A stretch of DNA of 64,000 nt, taken from contig JAKFCY010000003.1 in the NCBI GenBank assembly GCA_036676395.1, positions 32,001 through 96,000 of the forward strand. Direction: 5' to 3'. This DNA comes from Bdellovibrio sp. (GTDB taxonomy: Bacteria > Bdellovibrionota > Bdellovibrionia > Bdellovibrionales > Bdellovibrionaceae). Numbering within the stretch: position 1 is the stretch's first letter; each line of letters starts with the position of its first letter. The translations under genes and the position numbers were made by a program. A model generated the notes under the pieces. It worked only from the letters and a program-made list of their open reading frames with translations. It searched no databases and was not told the DNA's origin. Below are positions 57,916 to 64,000 of this stretch, in pieces.

Positions 57916-58926
57916 TTATTTAAAATCAATACGAGGATCAACCAGTACATAGATAATATCGCTTAAGATATTTCCTATTAATAATAATAAGGCTGAAATG
58001 AATGTTAATCCCATGATCACGTTGTAATCGCGGGCAAGAATAGAACTGTAACCTAATAACCCGATACCATCTAAGTTGAAAACCGTTTCAACAATTAATG
58101 AACCTGCTAAGAACACACGTAAAAATCCGCCTAAACCAGTCGCTACCGGAATAAGGGCATTACGCAAAGCATGTTTGTAATAAACCATGCGGTCAGAAAG
58201 ACCTTTGGCGCGAGCGGTACGGATGTAATCAGATTTAATAATATCTAACATCGAGTTACGCACTAACATTGATAACTCAGTAAAGTTTCCGATCATGTAA
58301 CATGTGAGTGGTAAAACAAAGTGATACGCGCGATCGCCGATTTTACCCAGCGTTGTAAGATTGTCGTATTCATCAGATTTGATTCCACCAATCGGAAACC
58401 AATCAAAGTACGAACCACCAGCAAACCAAACAATTAAGAAAATCCCCAACACCAGCGGAGGAATCGAATAAGTGATGTAAAGTAAAAACCCTGAAATCTG
58501 GTCAAACGCACTTCCGGCTTTAATAGCTTTTTTTACGCCGAGCGGAATACAAACCAGATAAGTTAAGAACAACGAAGCCAAACCAAAAGATAATGAAACT
58601 GGAAATTTAGAAGAAATAACGTCAATCACCGGCTCTTGGTATGAGAAGCTATCGCCGAAATCCATTTTGGTAATATTTTTAAGCCAGATTAGGTAACGTT
58701 CATGGATAGGCTTATCAAAACCGTACTGTTTTGCTAAATTATCAAGCATTTCTTGTGATACACCCGTTGACCGACCGCCATCGCCGCCGCCGCCCATACG
58801 AATTTTTTGCATCTTTTGCTCAATTGGGCCGCCAGGGGCCGCATTGATGATCAAGAATGTAATTAAAGTAATACCGATGAAGGTAGGAATCGCTAATAGA
58901 ATACGTCTCAGGATGTAAACGAACAT
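57916..58926 (-). CDS. oppB: Peptide ABC transporter permease (OppB/YejB-like)
   Basis: YILRRILLAIPT, PGGP, DYIRTARAKG and DPRI; start moved to ATG 58926. Confidence 0.88.
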   Translation of the reverse strand: MFVYILRRILLAIPTFIGITLITFLIINAAPGGPIEQKMQKIRMGGGGDGGRSTGVSQEMLDNLAKQYGFDKPIHERYLIWLKNITKMDFGDSFSYQEPVIDVISSKFPVSLSFGLASLFLTYLVCIPLGVKKAIKAGSAFDQISGFLLYITYSIPPLVLGIFLIVWFAGGSYFDWFPIGGIKSDEYDNLTTLGKIGDRAYHFVLPLTCYMIGNFTELSMLVRNSMLDIIKSDYIRTARAKGLSDRMVYYKHALRNALIPVATGLGGFLRVFLAGSLIVETVFNLDGIGLLGYSSILARDYNVIMGLTFISALLLLIGNILSDIIYVLVDPRIDFK

Positions 58927-59064
58927 ACGAAGCTTATACTGATCATGAACTGAGAGGGCAAACGATTTTACAAAAACTGTGACAAATTTAGGGCATAAAA
59001 AAATGCCAGGAAGGCTTTTTTTCGCGCAAGCCCCGTAGGGGTTTCGGGCAGGAGCCCAAAACAA

Positions 59065-59094
59065 AAAACCCAAGGATTTGAAGCCTTGGGTTTT
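59065..59094 (-). terminator. Terminator/stabilising hairpin after the solute-binding gene
   Basis: AAAACCCAAGG-N8-CCTTGGGTTTT followed by a T run on the minus strand. Confidence 0.8.
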
Positions 59095-59154
59095 GTAGTT
59101 TCTACTCTGTTTAGAATTTAAACTCGAGTGATTACTTCGTAGCTAAACAAGGTG

Positions 59155-60795
59155 CTACTTCGTAGCAGCCCACCAAGTTCTGAAACCAAAATCATATTTA
59201 AAAGTGTCGCCCGGAGATTTCACTTTGTTAGACATACCGTAGTACTCATACTTGCGGTTAAACAAGAATACATACGGAACGTCGTCAGCGATTAAGCCGT
59301 AAACTTTTTTGAAGATCACATTACGTTTCTTAGGGTCTAATTCTTGGCGACCTTCATCGATTAATTTATCAACTTCTGCGTTCGCATAAGTTCCGTAGTT
59401 AGAACCACCTTTTGAAGCTGAAGATGAATGCCAAATTTGTTTTGGATCGCCTTCAACGTCTCCGCCGCCCCAGCCCATTGCCCATAATTGCATTTGGCGC
59501 TCGTCAACATTCTTGATGAAAGTATTCCACTCTAAAAGTTTTAATTCGATATCGATACCTGCTTTTTTGCAGTCTTCTTTAACGATAGTCCATTGTTTTT
59601 CAGAATCTTTATTCGCGTAGATAAAAGTTAATTTTAACTCTGTTTTCTTACCGTTAATTTCTTTTTCTAAAACACCATTTTTATCAGCATCAGCCCAGCC
59701 AGATTTATTTAATAAGGCTTTAGCTTTAGCCGGACTGAATTCGATCGCTTTATTAGCCGGAGACTGTGCCGTTCCAACCGGTACCGGAGAAGTTGCTAAG
59801 TGATTTAAGTTTTCGGCAAATTTTTTGTTCATTTCAGCGCGATTTACTAAATGAGCAAATGCGATACGAACGTTTTTGTCAGCTAAGATTGGATCTTTAA
59901 AGTTAAAACCAATGTAGCCGTATGATTTAGGCATATCATTTTTAACAGCTAAACCGATAAACTTTTCAGAAACAGTTTTTGCTTTGAAAGGCTTGCCAGT
60001 AGCTTTTAAAAAAGTGTCAGTTGATTTGAATTCAGCGTAATCAAGGTCACCTTTTTTAAGACGTTCAACTAAGATATTATCATCTTTAGTGAAACGAAAA
60101 TTGATTTGGTCAAAGTTATAAAAACCTTTTAAAGCCGGAACATTCCAGCCATACCATTTTTCATTACGTTTGATAGAGATTGATTGGCCTTTATCGTATT
60201 TAAGTAATGAGTACGGACCGGCACCGATCGCTTCTTTTTGCATCTTTACAGACTTGTTAATATCGCCGTAAACTGATTTAGGTAAGATGATCATACCGCA
60301 AAGAGAATTTAAATTTTGAAAGTATTTTTCAGAAGCTGTGAATTTCACAGTGTGCTTATCGATAACTTCTACTTTTGAGATTTTTTCAAAGTAAGGAAGC
60401 ATATTCAAAGCTTGGTGTTTAGGCTCTCTGATCGTTTCTAAAGAAAACTTAACATCTTCTGCAGTTACTGGTTCACCGTTTTGAAAAACAGCATCTTTAC
60501 GTAAGAAAAATGTAAAAGATAACCCGTCTTTACCGATATCCCATTTTTCAGCTAGGCGTGGCTCAAAAGCCCAAGTGTTAAAGTTATTAGTACACAAAGA
60601 ATCATGCACGTAATTGTTGAAGTATTGGTTATAAACATCGCCACCCATAATTGGATGTAAGCTTTCAGGCTCAGCATCGAAGTTATAGTTAAATGCGCCA
60701 CCCTTAGGAGCCGATGCATTTGCAGTTACCGCTTGTGCAACAGAAGTTAGGTTCATGACTACCGCTGCTGCTGTGATTAGTTTTAAGAATTTCAT
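59155..60795 (-). CDS. oppA: Peptide ABC transporter substrate-binding protein (family 5)
   Basis: PRLAEKW, LRKDAVFQNGEPVTAEDVKFS and GAGPY. Confidence 0.9.
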   Translation of the reverse strand: MKFLKLITAAAVVMNLTSVAQAVTANASAPKGGAFNYNFDAEPESLHPIMGGDVYNQYFNNYVHDSLCTNNFNTWAFEPRLAEKWDIGKDGLSFTFFLRKDAVFQNGEPVTAEDVKFSLETIREPKHQALNMLPYFEKISKVEVIDKHTVKFTASEKYFQNLNSLCGMIILPKSVYGDINKSVKMQKEAIGAGPYSLLKYDKGQSISIKRNEKWYGWNVPALKGFYNFDQINFRFTKDDNILVERLKKGDLDYAEFKSTDTFLKATGKPFKAKTVSEKFIGLAVKNDMPKSYGYIGFNFKDPILADKNVRIAFAHLVNRAEMNKKFAENLNHLATSPVPVGTAQSPANKAIEFSPAKAKALLNKSGWADADKNGVLEKEINGKKTELKLTFIYANKDSEKQWTIVKEDCKKAGIDIELKLLEWNTFIKNVDERQMQLWAMGWGGGDVEGDPKQIWHSSSASKGGSNYGTYANAEVDKLIDEGRQELDPKKRNVIFKKVYGLIADDVPYVFLFNRKYEYYGMSNKVKSPGDTFKYDFGFRTWWAATK

Positions 60796-61009
60796 ATGAA
60801 ATATTCCCCTTTTCATTCGCCTGCTAGAATAATGAAGTGTATTCGGTGTTCAAGGGGTAATTTGAATTTTATATATTATTGCTGCAGATAGCTAAAAACC
60901 TGTAATCACTTTGAAATTTTCTGTTGCGGCCCTCAAGTCCACAAGCTATCTATGCTTGAGCAAAAGTGCTAAATTTACTTATATTTTATTAAACTCTACC
61001 GAGGTTTTT

Positions 61010-62083
61010 ATGAGCTCAACCGACACCACTAGAAAAGCAAAATTTGATGCAACAACAACCATTTCATCTGAATTTGGCATCTTCGGCATCCCACTTTCTG
61101 AAGCAGAATGCCAATTAGTTATGCTGCCGGTGCCTTGGGAAGTCACAACTTCTTACGGCAAAGGCGCCTCAAACGGCCCGCGCATCATCCGCCAAGCTTC
61201 TGAACAAATCGATCTTTTCGACTTTGAAACAAAGACCGCTTATGAAGCCGGTTACTTCATGAAAGAAATCTCTGCAGAAATCGATAACAAATCAAAAAAC
61301 TTTAAAGAGATCGCGCAAAAAGTTATTCACATGAAAACTGAGCAGTCAGACGATAAAGCGACGATTGATAAATTAACAGCGCAAGTTAACCAAGCGTCAC
61401 GTGAATTAACTGACTGGGTTTACACTGAAACTAAAAAAATTCTGGATGCCGGAAAATTATTTGGTTTAGTTGGCGGTGATCACTCGACTCCATTAGGGGC
61501 GGTGAAAGCCATTTGTGAAAAGCATAAAGGCGAAGTTGGAATTCTTCATATCGATGCGCACTCTGACACGCGCAAAGCTTACCAGGGCTTTGAACAATCA
61601 CATGCTTCTATTATGTATAACGTAATGAATTTACCTGAAGCTTCTCGTCCTAAAAAATTAGTACAAGTGGGCATTCGTGATTTCTGCGAAGAAGAATTTG
61701 ATTTTATTAAATCTCGCTCTGACATTAAAACATTTTTTGACCTGCCGACTAAGCAACGTCTGTTAAAAGGCGAAAGCTGGGCTTCGGTGGCTGCAGATAT
61801 CGTTTCTGAGCTTCCGCAAAAAGTTTATATCTCATTTGATATTGATGGCTTAGACCCCCGCTTCTGCCCGTCGACTGGAACTCCTGTCATTGGTGGCTTA
61901 TCAACTGATGAAGTATTTTTCTTATTCACAACTTTAGCGGCCAGCGGCCGTCAAATCGTTGGTTTTGATTTAAATGAAGTTTCTACTGGCGAAGCTGAAG
62001 AGTCTGAATGGGATGGCAACGTAGGTGCACGTATGCTTTATAAGTTGTGTAACTGGTCAATCATGACTAACAATAAGAAATAA
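61010..62083 (+). CDS. speB: Agmatinase (ureohydrolase family)
   Basis: GGDHS, DAHSD, SFDIDGLDP and TGTP; ATG 61010 with GAGG SD; speA lies nearby. Confidence 0.88.
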   Translation: MSSTDTTRKAKFDATTTISSEFGIFGIPLSEAECQLVMLPVPWEVTTSYGKGASNGPRIIRQASEQIDLFDFETKTAYEAGYFMKEISAEIDNKSKNFKEIAQKVIHMKTEQSDDKATIDKLTAQVNQASRELTDWVYTETKKILDAGKLFGLVGGDHSTPLGAVKAICEKHKGEVGILHIDAHSDTRKAYQGFEQSHASIMYNVMNLPEASRPKKLVQVGIRDFCEEEFDFIKSRSDIKTFFDLPTKQRLLKGESWASVAADIVSELPQKVYISFDIDGLDPRFCPSTGTPVIGGLSTDEVFFLFTTLAASGRQIVGFDLNEVSTGEAEESEWDGNVGARMLYKLCNWSIMTNNKK

Positions 62084-62084
62084 T

Positions 62085-62708
62085 ATGAGTTTACCTGCTT
62101 ACTTTGATTCGCGTGTTCCGGTTATTCTTGATCTTGGCTTTCGCGAAGATGGCATTGCTTTATTAAAACAATATGTCGAATTACTATGGGCTTCGAATGA
62201 AGAATTAAATTTATTCAGCCGCAAAATGACTGCTGAAGAATTAGTGGATAATCACGTGATCGATTGTTTGCTTCCGTTAAAACAATTTCCGACAAATTTA
62301 AAGTATGCCGCTGATCTTGGTTCTGGTGGTGGTTTACCGGGCGTGATTTATGCGATTCAATTTCCGAACACGCGATATATTTTATTTGAAAAAAGTGTTT
62401 TAAAACAAAACTTTTTGAATAAATGTAAAACTCTTGCGCCTAATTTAGTAGTGCAAGGTGAAATCCCGCATGATTTAGAAAAAGTGCAGATCGTGACGGC
62501 GCGCGCGTTTAAACCCATCGATGTGATTTTAGATATCACGCGTTCTTACTACGGTAAAAAAGGTAAATACTTTTTACTAAAAGGCCGCCAAGAAAAAATC
62601 GATGAAGAACTTCAGCTAGCTCAGAAGAAATTCAAAGATCTAAAGATCGAAAGTGTTCCGCTTCACTCACCAGTAATGGAAGTGGAGCGCCATCTTGTGT
62701 TAATCTAA
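62085..62708 (+). CDS. rsmG: 16S rRNA (guanine527-N7)-methyltransferase
   Basis: NL...HVIDCL, DLGSGGGLPG, TARAF and LKG. Confidence 0.9.
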   Translation: MSLPAYFDSRVPVILDLGFREDGIALLKQYVELLWASNEELNLFSRKMTAEELVDNHVIDCLLPLKQFPTNLKYAADLGSGGGLPGVIYAIQFPNTRYILFEKSVLKQNFLNKCKTLAPNLVVQGEIPHDLEKVQIVTARAFKPIDVILDITRSYYGKKGKYFLLKGRQEKIDEELQLAQKKFKDLKIESVPLHSPVMEVERHLVLI

Positions 62709-62846
62709 ACACCAACACTGTGTCGACACACAACACATCTAGACCTACAGCCAAATTTCATTCCTGGCTTATATGACTAAACATACACTCGTGTAAGATT
62801 GATTTTGTTCACCGTAAAAAACAAAATCAATTTCACAGGAGAAATT

Positions 62847-63401
62847 ATGAAAAAAGCTTTTTTATTTTTCGCAGTCGTATTCGCTGCCGCTGTCGTAGTT
62901 CGCGCTGACCAATGCCAATGGAACTCAAAAACAGATGGCACATCTGCAAAACAGTTAATCCAAAAAAACGTTGAGCTTATCGACTGGTGTGGATCTTGCG
63001 ATGAGAAAAAACCAGGTCTTATCTATGTAGTTTCAGATGTTAGAATCGACAAAGAAACTGGCGAAATCTCAGTTAAAGCCACTTACAAATCTAGCAAAAA
63101 ACCTGTAACTCAATTCTCTACTCCAGACGGCTGGCACATGCTTGATCTAGCTTATGCTTATGTAAGAACTTCTTCTGATACATTTGCTAACTTAGCTCAC
63201 TTAGTTGGTTGCCCTTCGACGGGTTCGTATTCATTCATCCAAACTATGGGTAACTCGAAACGTCCTCACTACTACGATGCTAAAGGTGAACGCCAAGATT
63301 ACAAAATCAACAACAACATGGATATCGAAGTTATGCCTACAGAAGACATCGGTTCTTTCACTAAAGAAACTGGCCGTAAACCAGCTAACAAAAAGAAATA
63401 A
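62847..63401 (+). CDS. Secreted hypothetical protein
   Basis: AGGAG SD, signal peptide VRA-DQC, WCGSC and DLAYAY. Confidence 0.75.
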   Translation: MKKAFLFFAVVFAAAVVVRADQCQWNSKTDGTSAKQLIQKNVELIDWCGSCDEKKPGLIYVVSDVRIDKETGEISVKATYKSSKKPVTQFSTPDGWHMLDLAYAYVRTSSDTFANLAHLVGCPSTGSYSFIQTMGNSKRPHYYDAKGERQDYKINNNMDIEVMPTEDIGSFTKETGRKPANKKK

Positions 63402-63426
63402 TTGTTGAATACTAACAGTTAAAAAT

Positions 63427-63458
63427 AAAAAACCCGCTTTCATCAAGCGGGTTTTTTT
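63427..63458. terminator. Bidirectional intrinsic terminator
   Basis: AAAAAACCCGCTT-TCATC-AAGCGGGTTTTTTT between convergent genes. Confidence 0.88.
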
Positions 63459-63477
63459 AGTCTTTAATTAATGCGCT

Positions 63478-63504
63478 GTTACCAGAAACAGGGCCTGGCA
63501 CCTA
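63478..63504 (-). repeat. REP-like repeat copy 5
   Basis: Reverse complement TAGGTGCCAGGCCCTGTTTCTGGTAAC; the TAG is the dksA stop. Confidence 0.85.
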
Positions 63505-63969
63505 GCGAGCGTAACGTTTATCAACTGATTCGCGGATCTCAGCACCTTCGATGCTTAAACGAGTCCAAGGAATTGCGCGAAGTCTTTCAGTCTCGATGAT
63601 CTCTTCAGTTTCTTCGCAGAAGCCGTAAGAACCGTTTTCCATTCTTCCTAATGCGCTTTCGATTTCTAATAATTGGCTGCGAAGGCGGTCAGTTTGTGAC
63701 ATCACTTCTTGTTCAGCTAAGATTCTCATAGTTTGGTCAGCTTCATCGCCACCGCGCTCAACTTGATCTAACTTACCACGCGCTTCTTTTACGCGATTTA
63801 ATAAGTCAGCTTTTGTCGTTAAAAGCTTCTCGCGGCATTCACTGATTAAAGCCTCAGTGATTTTTGGAGCTTGGAATTCAACTCTTGGAGCTGCTGGTTT
63901 TAGATCAGTTACTCTAGTCGCTGCTACTTTAGTTTTTGTAGCCTTTGGTTCAACCGTAGTTTTTGCCAT
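63502..63969 (-). CDS. dksA: DksA/TraR-family protein, non-canonical zinc finger
   Basis: DEAD coiled-coil tip, IESALGRMENGSYGFCEET and ERLRAIPWTRLS; AGGAGG SD. Confidence 0.82.
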   Translation of the reverse strand: MAKTTVEPKATKTKVAATRVTDLKPAAPRVEFQAPKITEALISECREKLLTTKADLLNRVKEARGKLDQVERGGDEADQTMRILAEQEVMSQTDRLRSQLLEIESALGRMENGSYGFCEETEEIIETERLRAIPWTRLSIEGAEIRESVDKRYAR

Positions 63970-64000
63970 TGTACCCTCCTTGCAATTAGCCCAGATTCAT

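Noticed and set aside
59133..59166. 11-nt duplication TACTTCGTAGC around the oppA stop
   Set aside because: It is too short and encloses only 12 nt; probably local slippage or chance.
46..63446. Numerous 60-125-aa ORFs antisense or out of frame within clear genes (e.g. 46..309, 522..791, 4000..4374, 12692..13015, 32278..32640)
   Set aside because: They are shadows of well-supported genes, with no motifs or SDs.
1..64000. CRISPR array, rRNA or complete tRNA
   Set aside because: No regularly spaced repeat-spacer array, rRNA-like sequence or full cloverleaf was seen; 20617-20649 is only a 3' fragment.

Overview
Bacterial chromosomal window, most likely from a Bdellovibrionaceae-type predator. 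This is inferred from the short ~280-aa flagellin, the many secreted hypothetical proteins, the FecR/TPR/CHASE2 and PilZ signalling genes and the homodimeric AceE. The backbone is housekeeping: fliC, thiolase, TolC, M23 peptidase, PP2C, TonB, aceE, split oligopeptide ABC genes, trxB, trmB, leuS, speA, speB, rsmG and dksA. The main points of interest are: (1) an unannotated type I toxin-antitoxin-like locus at ~53.5-53.85 kb, with a 40-aa basic/amphipathic peptide, an SD locked by a post-stop anti-SD, nested 5'-3' pairing, and a two-hairpin antisense RNA driven from a sigma28-like promoter inside the ORF; (2) a RAYT transposase with five 27-28-nt REP-like repeats, each starting on a TAG stop codon; (3) a ~12-kb accessory island (14.9-27.2 kb) holding a Sec-signal teneurin-like/Rhs HExxH toxin, orphan tips, immunity candidates built on GspG-, TIMP- and GT51-like folds, a DUF6516 toxin-antitoxin pair, a dead integrase fragment beside an att-like repeat array, a tRNA 3' fragment and a recombination scar made of pieces of both flanking host genes; (4) a duplicated FecR / TPR-barrel / PilZ cluster around a CHASE2 adenylate cyclase. 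No rRNA, complete tRNA or CRISPR array was seen. All calls come from reading the sequence by eye; no searches were run.
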